Part shown: positions 37,626-50,350 of the stretch, piece by piece
Numbering within the stretch: position 1 is the first letter of the stretch
Layout: the number at the start of each line of letters is the position of its first letter
DNA from: Squalus acanthias
Lineage: Eukaryota
Reading direction: 5' to 3'
DNA: 64,000 nt
Assembly (NCBI GenBank): GCA_030390025.1
Contig: CM059433.1
Span: 14,386,001 to 14,450,000, forward strand
Notes under the pieces: generated by a model
Told to the model about the DNA's origin: nothing
Database searches by the model: none
Seen by the model: only the letters and a program-made list of their open reading frames with translations
Translations under genes and position numbers: made by a program

Positions 37626-38577
37626 CTCCTGTACTCAAGCTCAACCTCCTGTGTCCCTAGCGCAAGCCCATTGGAAAATCCGGGGCAAGAGTAAATCTGC
37701 CGCAGTGACTGCCCGTGGACCGTTGTCTCGCGGGTGTGGAGTCTCCGCCTCAGTGACTCCAGTCTCAAAATGGAAGTGGCCGTGTGAAGGTGGTTTTCAG
37801 GAACAGATGAAAAGTCTGAAAGCTACAAGCATTCTGGGGAGGAGTTTGAAAGTTGAACTGAGTGCTACTGAGTTGTATGGGAATGTTTTTGCACGCCACT
37901 GCACCCCAGTCCCCACATCGCCTCCCCACCCACCCACCCACCCTCCCACCCTCCCACATACATAAATTGCCCAATAAAGGGAAGAGAAAATAGCTCATAA
38001 GAAAAGATGGCTGAAGTGCGGTAGAAAGTTAAAAGTGCTGCCAAATTTTAGTCTCAGGTAAGGCCTGCAGGCAATACCGTGAATTATTAGACCTGAGGTC
38101 TGTCGTGACAAAGACAAACAAAAGCAAAGCAAAAAGAAAAAGCACTGGTGAAAAAGTTCAAATCAGTGGGGCTATTACACTGTCTGCCTCAATGTCAACT
38201 TCCTTCAGCAGTTAATGTGACAATATTCCAATAGTTTTCAGAGAAAACACTGAATCCTGATCAAAAAAAATCTAAGAAGTGACAATGCCCTGTAGGATGT
38301 TGTGCACTTCCGTAATAAATGGTATGAAAAGACTGGCATGACCATTTTCTTGAAGGCACTAATAGATTAAGCTGTATAAAGCCTCTCAGAAAGCATTTCA
38401 AAAGATAGCTTAATACCACAGAATTGAAAGCACAGCTTTTATGTCTGCACTCAGTTGTAAAGTACCAGTCAAAATTTTAAAGTGATCTATTCGAGGCATC
38501 TTAAACAGATTCCTTGTATTGATTTTCCCCTCCCCGTCCCCATTAATTTGGGACAATTGTAACAATGCTGAATGATT

Positions 38578-38804
38578 TGGACAAAAATGAGAAGTCGCAC
38601 AACACCAGGTTATAGTCCAACAGTTTTATTTGAAATCACAAGCTTTCGGAGCTTACATGGCCCCTTCCTCAGGTGAAGTGAAGAAGGGGCCACGTAAGCT
38701 CCGAAAGCTTGTGATTTCAAATAAAACTGTTGGACTATAACCTGGTGTTGTGCGACTTCTCATTTTTGTCCACCCCAGTCCAAAACTGGCATCTCCGCAT
38801 CATG
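38578..38804. mobile_element. Penelope family A short fold-back insertion (HHR on minus strand 38636-38676)
   Basis: Arms 38578-38667 and 38683-38772, 15-nt spacer, tail on right; 13-bp TSD tgaatgatttgga (38569-38581, 38803-38815). Confidence 0.9.
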
Positions 38805-39089
38805 AATGATTTGGAGGCAAGGGTTTTATATCTGACATATGGAATGATCTAATCCCACTCTATTCACACTATAACTATTGGAAGCGCATTCAAATTTTTC
38901 CTTGGCTTTTATAGGCATATTCAGTACGTATACTAAATATTTTTGTGATGACATACAGAATTAATTAGAATTACAATAAAACCTTGTACTGTATGTACAT
39001 TACATCAGTACAACAGTCCTGCCTGTATTTATCAGTCTTTCTAGTGCATTGGTTACACCAGTGTAAACATCACGCTCCAAATTTCATGA

Positions 39090-40240
39090 GTTTTTTTTAT
39101 TTGTTTTTAATGGGATCTGGGCATCACTGGCAAGGCCAGCATTTATTGCCCATCCCTAATTGCCCGTGAGAAGGTGGTGGTGAGCTACCTTCTTGAATGG
39201 CTGCAGTCCGTGTGGTGATGGTACTCCCACAGTGCTGTTAGGTAGGGAGTTCCAGGATTTTGACCCAGCGACGATGAAGGATCGGCGATATACTTCTAAG
39301 TCAGGATGGTGTGTGACTTGGAGGTGGTGGTGTTCCCATGCGCCTGCTGCCCTTGTCCTTCTAGGTGGAAGAGGTCGCGGGTTTGGGAGGTGCTGCCGAA
39401 GAAGCCTTGGCGAGTTGCTGCAGTGCATTTTGTAGATGGTACACACTGCAGCCACGGTACGCCGGTGGTGGAGGGAGTGAATGTTTAAGGTGGTGGATGG
39501 GGTGCCAATCAAGCGGGCTGCTTTGTCCTGGATGGTGTCGCGCTTCTTGAGTGTTGTTGGAGCTGCACTCATCCAGGCAAGTGGAGCGTATTCTATCACA
39601 CTCCTTACTTGTGCCTTGTAGATGGTGGAAAGGCTTTGGGGAGTCAGGAGGTGAGACACTCACCGCAGAATACCTAGCCTCTGACCTGCTCTTGTTGCCA
39701 CAGTATTTATGTGGCTGGTCCAGTTAAGTTTCTAGTTAATGGTGACCCCCCAGGATGTTGATAGTGGGGGATTTGGTGATGGTAATGCCATTGAATGTCA
39801 AGGGGAGGTGGTTAGACTCTTGCTTGTTGGAGATAGTCATTACCTGGCACTTCTGTGGCGCGAATGTTACCTGCCACTTATCAGCCCAAGCCTGAACGTC
39901 GTCCAGGTCTTGTTGCATGCGGACATGGACTGCTTCATTATCTGAGGAGTTGTGAATGGCGCTGAACGCTGTGCAGTCATCAGCGAACATCCCCATTTCT
40001 GACCTTATGTTGGAGGGAAGGTCATTGATGAAGCAGCTGAAGATGGTTGGGCCTAGGACACTGCCCTGAGGAACTCCTGCAGCGATGTCCTGGGGCTGTG
40101 ATGATTGACCTTCAACCACCACAACCATCTTCCTTTGTGCTAGGTATGACTTCAGCCAGTGGAGCGTTTGCCCCCTGATCCCCATTGACTTCAGTTTTAC
40201 TAGGGCTCCTTGATGCCAGACTCGGTCAAATGCTGCCTTG
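39090..40240 (-). mobile_element. CR1/L2-group LINE 3' portion (RT + C-terminus)
   Basis: AAFDRVWH, GVPQGSVLGP, MFADD, IYKAQVRSVIEY; sister copy at 49280-50350 and tail at 52897-53085(+). Confidence 0.9.
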
Positions 40241-40410
40241 TTATAAGAATCTTGCTTGAAGATGTGTTTTATGCTTTGGAAATTTAGGTATATTAATCTC
40301 CATTTAAAAGCCCTGACATTATATTCACTGTTTAGTTTCAGTGCTACTATCACCTTAACTGTGAATGGGTGACCTCATGCACAATGTTTCTCCTTTATAG
40401 GAAACAGCAG

Positions 40411-40700
40411 AAAGAAAGAAAGAACTTGCATTTTATATAGCACCTTACGCATTCTCTGGATGTTTCAACAGCTTTACCGCTGTTGAATGAATGTTCGAAG
40501 TATAGTTACTCTTGTTTGGTAGGCAAGTGTGGCAGCCAATCTATGCACAGCAAGGTCCCACAAAGAAGCAATGAGATGAATGACCATTTAATCTATTTTT
40601 TTGGTGGTGTTAGTTGAGGGATAAATGTTGGCTCGGCCACTGGGAGATCTAGCCCTGCTCTTCGAATAGTGCTGTGCAAACTTTTTTTTTATGTCCGTCT
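40411..40700 (-). mobile_element. Deu-domain SINE (diverged)
   Basis: (aaag)n-cttgcattt tail and Deu-like core. Confidence 0.65.
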
Positions 40701-40734
40701 AAAAGGGAACATCAAAAAATGGAATGTCTCATAG

Positions 40735-41225
40735 AATTACATGGAAATTGCAACACGGACACTGGCCGTTTGGCCCAACCAGTCTAAGCTGGTGCTTATC
40801 CTCCATGTGAGCAGTAGTCCCAATCCCATGTGCCCACTCTGTTCCCATATTCCTTTATTGCCTTTCCTTCAACCAGTTGTCTAACCTGTTCTTGAATGTT
40901 GACGTGGTCTCTGCTTTAATCACTGGCATAGACATTTGTCTAGGGCAGTAGCACAAAATGGGCAATAGCGAATCGTCAGCCCGTTTTACACTCCGCCCGA
41001 TTGTCTTTTCCATTGACTTCAATGCAAATGAAAGTTGGGCAGAGTGTAAAACAGGCCACCGATTCACTATGGACCATTTTGTGCTACCGCCCAATAGAAA
41101 GTTCTATCCCACTATCTATGGGGGTGAATTCCACAACCTCACAACACTGTGTGAAAAAGTTTCTCCTGCTCTCTGTCCTAAATTTATTACATTTAATCTT
41201 ATATCTCTGTCCCCATTGTTCTAGA
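40735..41225 (-). mobile_element. CR1 3' end interrupted by a short MITE (40925-41110)
   Basis: TFKNRLDNWL-type C-terminus; MITE flanked by act/act. Confidence 0.65.
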
Positions 41226-42822
41226 CTGCTTCTTCCATGTGCCTTTGCCAATACTTGTGCTCCTACTAGGTGCTACCCCAGTAGCTGCAGCACGGGTGGA
41301 GGAAGGCTGCTGACCTTCAACTGAGGAGTCTGCAGATGGCCTTGGAGGACAACCTTGAGTAGCTCTGGGCCTAGAAGGCCTGGCTGTAGACTGCACCACC
41401 TCAACATAGGCTGCAGCAGTCCAGGCTAGCTGGCTGACAAACAACAGCAAGGGCACTGGCGGAGTGGGAGGGGTGGGAGCAGGAATGCTGTCATCCTGAG
41501 AGAGGACAACAGGTTCGTGCTCCATGGAGCCACTGCCACTCTCCCAGGGCGGCGCCTCAGCAATCCTAGTAATCTGTTGGAGAACAGATTGATGGAGTTC
41601 TGTGATGCCCGGGAAGCCCCTTTGAACACTGGTACCCCTCCACTTCTACGCTTGATCATCCTGGGCAGTTTTACTGTCGTCAGATGGGAAGGGTTTTCAT
41701 CTCACCTGTACAGCACATTGGCGCACACCTCACATTAGTCTAACTGGGACTGTACACAAGAGAATGAAGAAGCCAGTCTCCAGCCAAGGAATTTATTCAT
41801 CTGATGCATGTTTTTTGATCACATTGTACTAATTGCTTGTTATTGGAGGGGGAGAAAATGGTCCTGCAAGTAAGGGTCATGGGTAATTCTGAAGTGTCTG
41901 CCTGAGCCTGTACCATTGGTGACCCAACTGTAGTCATTTGAATGGGGTGTCAAGGAGGTTATGGCTTGGAATAAAACAGAAACTGCTGGAAACACTGATC
42001 AGGTCAGGCAGCATTTGTGACAAAAGAAAAAGGTTGTATTAACATTTCAGGTCTATGACTCTTCCAAAGTTAGAGTCTGGCATTCCCCTGAGAACTATCT
42101 TCATCATTCATACCAACTCCTGTCACTCCCCTGCTGCTGGACACATGCGTAGCCAAACATCTGTGCGGCATGCTGATCTACAAGCCGCAATGAGGTAGTT
42201 AAAGCTCTGCATCAGGGCTGCCATAATCTGATTCTTCAAATTCTCCTTCAATCGGAAGTGCAGCTTTACGGTCGAAACCTCCTTGCCCGTGTGACCTTGG
42301 CACACTCCCAGCTCAGGGAGTGCTGTCACCAGATGGTGATGAGCTGACCGTCAGTTATCAGCCGAGGACAGTTCAGTGGGACACAGGTGCATTGAACGCC
42401 TGAGGAATGACGGCCCCTGCGACACTGCGCAGGGATCACATTGTCGGCCTTGTCATGTATCATGTTACAATTAACTCTGGATGACAGTCATACTGCAGCC
42501 AAATCTCTGACTGGTATGGACAGAGTGCAATGTAACCTGGCAGACCTGAGTCACACTGCCAACTACATCCTGCACTAAACTTGACAAAAGACATGTGCTT
42601 GTACACAGCTGCCGAGTTCCATTCCAGGGATGACTGATTTTAGCCATCGCAGGAAAGGAGGCAGCAGCATCCATTAGCCTGTCTGGGTAGTTTAAAAATA
42701 TTTCTTCTCACTGGCTGTAGATATCCTGCATATAGTGTGAACTCTAAATGGTGATAGACTACCTGCTCAAGAGGGTCTCATTTTTCACGCTTTAATGTGC
42801 TCAGGACTTGATTACTGACCTG

Positions 42823-43091
42823 ACCCCCCCAATTTTAACCCTACTCGCTCAGCAGAAACCTGGCGGGCGGGCAGTTAAAATCGCCCTGGCTCTTACCTGT
42901 CCGAAATCTGCCATGATCGCAACATCTGCAATTTTAACCTGCTCTCCTGAGCAGGCAGCAAGGACACCCGCCCGGAGCCAACAGGGTCCTTCTTTACATA
43001 GGCATGTTGTGGCCCGATGACATCATTGAGACCCGACTGTAATTTTAACTCAGGCCTGAGCGGGGAATCCACCTGGAGTTAAAATCGGGGT
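42823..43091. mobile_element. Harbinger-type MITE (~270 bp)
   Basis: TIR ccccaattttaac / gttaaaatcgggg; inverted sister copy at 54096-54360. Confidence 0.7.
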
Positions 43092-43674
43092 TGTCATGTA
43101 TGTGTGTAACACCTCATCCTGATGTGAAAGGGGCAGTATAACTGCAGCTTTAGACTGTCAACAGATTCAGAAAAACTCCTGATTCCTGAGGAATATCCAA
43201 AGCACTTTGCAGCCAATTCATTACTTTTGAAATGTAGGGGGTATTTTTAACCCACAGAAATGGGTGGGTTTGGTTTCAAAGGTTAAAAAGTTAAAAAATC
43301 TGAAACAGGAACCCAACCTGCATCGAACCCGCCCACTTCTGGTTTTAACGGTGGCGGGATGAGGGGTGGGTGACCAATCCGCTCTCAGGAGGGGTGGGGG
43401 GAGGTTGGTCATTTAAATATTTTAGTGAGGCTGCGTGCCTTCATTTTAACAGTGATTTTATTTTTAACCACAGTCGGCCAGGTTTCCCTGGCCTTGGGAA
43501 ACCCGGCAGGTGAAAAGAGGCAGGAAGGGCTGAATGCATGAGGTAAATGCCTTTACAGCACTGCTCGTGGGCCAGGAGGAGCAGGAGTGCCCAACAACCT
43601 TACCAGTAAACCACCCCCACCATGATCTGTCTGCTCCCCCCACCGCAATCGGACCCCCCGACCACCAGGGAAAA

Positions 43675-44145
43675 AAAGAAAAAGACTTGCATTTATATAG
43701 CGCCTTTTACGACCACCGGATGTCTCAAAGCGATTTACAGTCAATGAAGTACTTTTGAAGTGGAGTGCGCTGTTGTAATGTGGGAAACGCGGCAGCCAAT
43801 TTGCACACAGCAAGGTCCCACAAACAGCAATGTGATGAATGACCAGATAATCTGTTTTTGTTATGTTGATTGCGGATAAATATTGGCCAGGACACCGGGG
43901 ATAACTCCCCTGCTCGTCTTCGAAATAGTGTCGTAAACTCATCCTCGCATAATGAAATGGATCTTTTAGGTCCGCTTGAACAGGCAGAGCATCGGTTTAA
44001 CATCTCATCCAAAATCTTCAAAATACAGCACACCCTCGATACCCCACTGAAATGTCAGCCCAGGTTGTCTTCGAGTCTCTCGTGCGGCTTTAACCCAAAA
44101 TCTTTTGACTCAGGGCCAAGAGTGCTACTACTTAGCAAAGCTAAC
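43675..44145 (-). mobile_element. Deu-domain SINE, inserted next to a partial Harbinger-type MITE (43235-43670)
   Basis: Reverse complement of SINE tail, core and decayed head. Confidence 0.75.
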
Positions 44146-45058
44146 ACAAGTTGTACTGGTGTGCAAGTCATAATTTTTTTTTTAACTTAGAAGACACAAA
44201 CACATGCACATTAGATTTTACAGTCCAGTATTAAATTTTCCCTCCGCATTAAGAGAAATACCTGTTTAACAGTGATTTTATTTTTAATCACAGTCAGGCC
44301 GGGTTTCCCTGGCCTTGGGAAACCTGGCAGGGGAAAGGAGGCAGGAAGGGCTGAATCCATGAGGTAAATGCCTTTACAGCACCCCGGGACAATTTCAGCA
44401 AATTAAACCTACTTTAGCTGGAGTTCAGTCAAATTGATTGTGTAAATCCATTGGAGTCCAATTATGTGTTAATGTATATCTAATAGAAATCAGAGAGTCG
44501 TGTTGGCTGTTTGAAAATCAGACAGCGTTAGCTATTGAGAGAAACGCTGGCCTAGAAATTATGAAGCTCGCATTCAGTACGATTTTTCTTCGCTCCACTC
44601 CTCTCCTCTCTTCACCAGCGGGCTGCAGTGCCACGCTCGCGCTATGACGAGTCCCGAGGCCCAATATCGGAGCACCTTGGATGTTGCTGATAGGGTAACC
44701 TGTAGGCTTGGATAACCTTTAAATGTATATTATAGTTGCGTTAGAAGCCATGCTATTAAAATGTTACTGTAACTGCAAGGCATGATGGGAAGATTGACCA
44801 AAATCAGACCAAAGTGTAGTGTCAGCATTTAACAGTAGCAGTAGTTGTTAAAAAGTTTCTCCATGAAACCTTGAATCAGGAACAATGAACAAAGATAATG
44901 GTAGCTGGAGGCCAGATAAGATAAACAAAACTGCAGAAAGGCAGAAGTAAGGACCTTGGGTCCAGGACAGTTGAGATAGCGGGAAGCATCTGCCAAAGCC
45001 TACACAACCGGTAATTAACAGTTGAGCAATTATTGGTAGTAGCTTGATTATGTATATA

Positions 45059-45928
45059 GAAACATAGAAACATAGAAGATAGGAGCAGGAGGAGGCCATT
45101 CGGCCCCTCGAGCCTGTTCCGCCATTCAACGCGATCATGGCTGATCATCCAAATTCAGTACCCTGTCCCTGCTTTCTCCCTATATCCCTTGATCCCTTTA
45201 GCCTTAAGAAATATATCTAACTCCTTCTTGAATATATTTAATGAATTGGCCTCAACTGCCTTCTGTGGTAGAGAATTCCACAGGTTCACCACTCTCTGGG
45301 TGAAGAAATTCCTCCTCATCGCAGTCCTAAATGGCTTACCCCTTATCCTTAGACTGTGACCCCTGGTTCTGGACTCCCTCTCCATTGAGAACATTCATCC
45401 TGCATCTAGTCTGTCTAGTCCTGTTAGAATTTTATAAGTTTCAATGAGATCCCCTCTCATTCTTCTAAACTCTAGCGAATATAAGCCTAATCGACCCACT
45501 CTCTCCTCATATGTCATTCCTGCCATCCCAGGTATCAGTCTGGTGAATCTTCGCTGCACTCCCTCCATGGCAAGAACATCCTTCCTCAGATAAGGCGACC
45601 AAAACTGCACACAATACTCAAGGTGTGGTCTCACCAAGGCCCTGTACAACTGCAGCAAGACATGCTTGCTCCTGTACTCGAATCCTCTCGCTATGAAGGC
45701 CAACATACCATTTGCCTTCTTAACCACCTGCTGCACCTGCATGCTTACCTTCAGCGAGTGGTGCACAAGGACACCCAGGTCTCGTTGCACTTCCCCTTTT
45801 CCCAATCTATTGCTGTTCAGATAATAATCTGTCTTCCTGTTTTTGCCACCAAAGTGGATAACCTCGCATTTATCCACATTATACTGCATCTGCCATGCAT
45901 CTGCCCAATCACCCAACCTGTCCAAATC
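45059..45928 (-). mobile_element. CR1 3' portion
   Basis: WADAWQMQYNVDKC...[15 protein letters not shown]; (atgtttct)n tail. Confidence 0.92.
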
Positions 45929-46275
45929 AATAAATAAACTGCCACAACCATTGTAAATTTGAGAGACTTCGGTACATTGAAGGCTCTCCCCTGCATGCTT
46001 GTAATAAAGTTTCTCTCATATCGCAGCCTACCCGTGACTCCAAGTGGTTTCTTTCCACAACATCACCATTCTGGTGAAGGATATTTACCTTGCACCCCTC
46101 CCCACCAAACGCCCCAAAATGGGCGCTCCCGAATTTCTGGGCCACTGAGTTACAAAGAGGACTTATGAATTGAGGAGAACAAGCAGTACAAGTATCTACT
46201 GAAAATTCTGTGCTGCATGAGGAGCTCTTTATTCATACACATATTTATTAAACACACACATGCAAACAAACATAA

Positions 46276-47019
46276 GGGCCCAGAAATTGATCTCGCTCTG
46301 TTCCCGCGGGGGTAAGCCTTTCCCGCGATGTCTCACCTCGCTTATGCTTTTTCTGATCCAGCTCGCACGAAATTGATGTTCCAGACATCAGCTGTGCTGG
46401 GCTTGCGTATCCCAGCGGCGTAGTTAATTCGTGCGAGCTGTGGGATCACGTGACTCAGTTAGAGCCAATGGCAGCACACCATCTTCCATTCATAAGTCTC
46501 ACAGCATGGCTGAGAGACTTATGAATCTTACACCCCCCCAAAATAACAGCTAAACCTCAATTAAATTTAAAAAAAAACCCATCACATTAATAAAATAAGT
46601 ATAGTTAATTAAATTAACCATTTTAAATAAAAAATTAAATTTTGAAAAAATTTAAAATCTTTTAAAAAGTTATAAAAATAAACTTACCTGTCTTTAAAGT
46701 CTATAAAAAAGATATACCTGTAAAAAAAAATTCAAAAAAATACTTAATTCACTACTTACCTTCTTAAAAGCGGGTCTTACTCCTCCTTTTTACATTTCCA
46801 AAATCTTCCCTACTTACCTGCGCGTCCAAAGCATGAAGTGCACAGCGTGCGCGCAGCCTGTAGCGCGCACGCGATGCACTCCGGCCCCGCCCCCTTTTCG
46901 GAAGAGCAATTGCCGGTTTTCAGCGCATGCGCAGGGCATGCAGAAAACCGGCAATTGGAGTGGGAATACGCGAGAGTATGCAGTGCGTACTCTCGCGTCC
47001 CGGGATCAATTTTCGGCCC
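46276..47019. mobile_element. Harbinger-type MITE with AT-rich core
   Basis: TIR gggcccagaaattgatc / gatcaattttcggccc; related to 12030-12796. Confidence 0.7.
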
Positions 47020-47154
47020 AAGATATAAACACATAGAGGATTGAATGATAAAACTTAATTTTGAATTCCTTTGGAATTTTTTAATTTACTTAGTTATCTC
47101 AGTTTTCAATAGAATTTAATCAAAAGGCCATTCCCATCTCTTTTAAGGGATATT

Positions 47155-47921
47155 GGGACGGGTTTTGCTGTAAAAAATAATGGTGAGGTTAATAGCACTC
47201 AGCGTTATTTGTGCGCAAATTGGACAGCAACTTCCGGCAGGTGTACATGCGCAGTTAAACGTGAAAATCCGGAAGTTGCTGTCCGAAATGCGCTGCTCCT
47301 CCGTAAGTTGCGCAAAAAATGCATCTTGCCGTCTGACTCACCATTCAAATGTATTGAACAGCGTGAACTACCTGTATTGATGTTGTAGATACAAACTAAA
47401 CTCACCACAAAAAGTTAAATCAAGTAATTCCGTGTAAGTACCATATTTATGGTGTGATAAGTCTTAATTACTGCCAAACAACCTCTCTGGCACTGAAAAT
47501 TAACTTTAACAAGTGTGGAGTCTCATTCTTTCAGATTTTAATTATTGTTGGAGATTTTTTTTAATTAAATAATTTTTTTACTTTTTCTTTCTGTCTCTTT
47601 TATCTCTCTCTCGTGATCCAATCTTCTCTTTCCCCCTCTCTATTTCTCTTTCTGTACCTGATTTGACATTGAATTCACTATTCCAACTGACACTTCCTGG
47701 TTCAGACTCTGCACAGCTCATTAACCATTCTTCAGTGTGATTGGTTAAGGGGATACACAGTTGCTTGCCCTGTTCACACAGGTCTCAGATGACCAGTAGA
47801 GGGCGCCGCTCTACTTGGATGTCCCGCTGATGGGAACTTGCCATGTAAAAACCCCACAGGAAGTCTGTGGGCAAGTGCAAGTCTAACAAACAGCTTCGCC
47901 CTTCACAGCAAAATCTGGCCC
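47155..47921. mobile_element. Harbinger-type MITE
   Basis: TIR gggacgggttttgctgt / acagcaaaatctggccc; 3-bp TSD ATT. Confidence 0.7.
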
Positions 47922-48186
47922 ATTATTACCACAGAATAGTGTTGAGGCCTGAAAATCCATGGCTCTTCACGTTCACTTCCACTGTAACTCCGACAGGAGC
48001 GTGGTGGAAGGGCCACAAATTAAGCGGGGACCCTGCCCTGCACTAGAATTTCCTGACGGCTTTATAATGGGGCAGAGCAAAGACCATCGGTGTAAGATGG
48101 GCTAGGAGTTACCACACCCTCATCATGGAGGGAATTGGTAGGGCCAGTATGTCGAATGAGGTGAGGCGTACCAACCCAACAGATGG

Positions 48187-48562
48187 CATAAGAACATAAG
48201 AAATAGGAGCAGGAGTAGGCCATTCGGCCCCTCGAGCCTGCTCCGCCATTCAATAAGATCATGGCTGATCTGATCTTGGCCTCAACTCCACTTCCCTGCC
48301 TGCTCCCCATAACCCTTCACTCCCTTATCATTCAAAAATCTGCCTATCTCCACCTTAAATATATTCAATGACCCAGCCTCCACAGCTCTCTGGGGAAGAG
48401 AATTCCAAAGATTCACGACCCTCTGAGAGAAGAAATTCCTCCTCATTTCCGATTTAAATGGGCGACCCCTTATTCTGAAATAATGCCCCCTAGTTCTAGA
48501 TTCCCCCACGAGGGGAAACATCCTCTCTGCATCTACCCTGTCAAGCCCCCTCAGAATCTTAT
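48187..48562 (-). mobile_element. CR1 3' end
   Basis: MFPLVGESRTRGH...VVNLWNSLP; (ttcttatg)n tail. Confidence 0.9.
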
Positions 48563-49279
48563 ATTGGGTTCACAAGTGGGTGGGGGTGGGGGGAGGGGAA
48601 GCGGGGTTGCAGAGGGTCAAGGCTTAGGTCACGGTCTGATTCCACAAAGAGGCTAAGGGGCAGTTGTATTATCTTTCTGGGGAATGGGGCAGAACTGTAC
48701 CTCCTTTGGCAGCAGATGTCTGATTTGCACCCCTAGTGCCGCAATTGCCCGCCTGTCATCTCTAAAACAACGGACCATGAAAAGAGTCAGTGCTTGAGGT
48801 CATAGATGGACACCTCCCACCAGGATGTCGGGTCCACAGATTTTTGCCCAGTGGTTTCTTGAAATACACCAAGATAGTCTGCTAATTGCTTTATTGATTT
48901 TTCTCAAACCTAATCGCTGCTACATGACTGAATCTGGACAGTCTCCTGGCAATGTCCATATTTACTCAACACAGTTTCAATATATTCCATTGTGTTTGTT
49001 GTGTACAATGTACTGTGTATATTACGCACATCAGCTAGTTTCATATCTAATAATTTATCATTAATGGGTTTTATGCAAAAAAATAAAACCCCTGGTCAGC
49101 ATTTCATAAACTTGGGGTTGAAGCAAGAAAGTTTGATGGGTAGTATTTGAAACAAAAAGCAGAGCACTGCTGGAAATACACAGCAAGTCCATCAGAATCT
49201 CTTAAGAGGAAAAAGGACAAGTTGCACTTTACGGTGCAGTTCCTTCATCGGATTTTGAAAATAAAAAAAAAAAATTTTT

Positions 49280-50350
49280 ATTATTCGTTTATGGGATCCG
49301 GGCATCGCTGGCAATGCCAGCATTTATTTCCCATCCCTAGTTGCCCTTGAGAAGGTGGGGGTGAGCCACCTTCTTGAACCGCTGCAGTCCGTGTGGTGAA
49401 GGTATTCCCACAGTGCTGTTCGGGAGGGAGTTCCAGGATTTTGACCCAGCGACGATGAAGGATCGGTGATATACTTCTAAGTCAGGATGGTGTGTGACTT
49501 GGAGGGGAACTTGGGAGGTGGTGGTGTTCCCATGTACCTGCTGCCCTTGTCCTTCTAGGTGGAAGAGGTCGCAGGTTTGGGAGGTGCTGCCGAAGAAGCC
49601 TTGGCGAGTTGCTGCAGTGCATCTTGTAGATGGTACACACTGCAGCCACGGTACGCCGGTGGTGGAGGGAGTGAATGTTTAAGGTGGTGGATGGGGTGCC
49701 AATCAAGCGGGCTGCTTTGTCCTGGATGGTGTCGAGCTTCTTGAGCATTGTTGGAGCTGCACTCATCCAGGCAAGTGGAGAGTATTCCATCACACTCCTT
49801 ATTTGTGCCTTGTAGATGGTGGAAAGGCTTTGGGGAGTCAGGAGGTGAGACACTCGCCACAGATACCTAGCCTCTGACCTGCTCTTGTTGCCACAGTATT
49901 TATGTGGCTGGTCCAGTTAAGTTTCTTGTTAATGGTGACCCTCAGGATGTTGATAGTGGGGGATTTAGCAATGGTAATGCCATTGAATGTCAAGGGGCGG
50001 TGGTTAGACTCTCACTTGTTGGAGATAGTCATTGCCTGGCACTTCTGTGGCGCGAATGTTACCTGCCACTTATCAGCCCAAGCCTGAACGTCATCCAGGT
50101 CTTGTTGCATGTGGGCATGGACTGCTTCATTATCTGTGGAGTTGTGAATGGCGCTGAACACTGTGCAGTCATCAGCGAATATCCCCATTTCTGACCTTAT
50201 GTTGGAGGGAAGGTCATTGATGAAGCAGCTGAAGATGGTTGGGCCTAGGATACTGCCCTGAGGAACTCCTGCAGCGATGTCCTGGGGCTGTGATGATTGA
50301 CCTTCAACCACCACAACCATCTTCCTTTGTGCTAGGTATGACTCCAGCGA
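49280..50350 (-). mobile_element. CR1/L2-group LINE 3' portion (sister of 39090-40240)
   Basis: GVPQGSILGP, IFADD; high nucleotide similarity to the other copy. Confidence 0.9.

Noticed and set aside
39090..50350. Segmental duplication of two ~1.1 kb LINE copies
   Set aside because: Flanks are unrelated and the truncation points differ; these are independent insertions.
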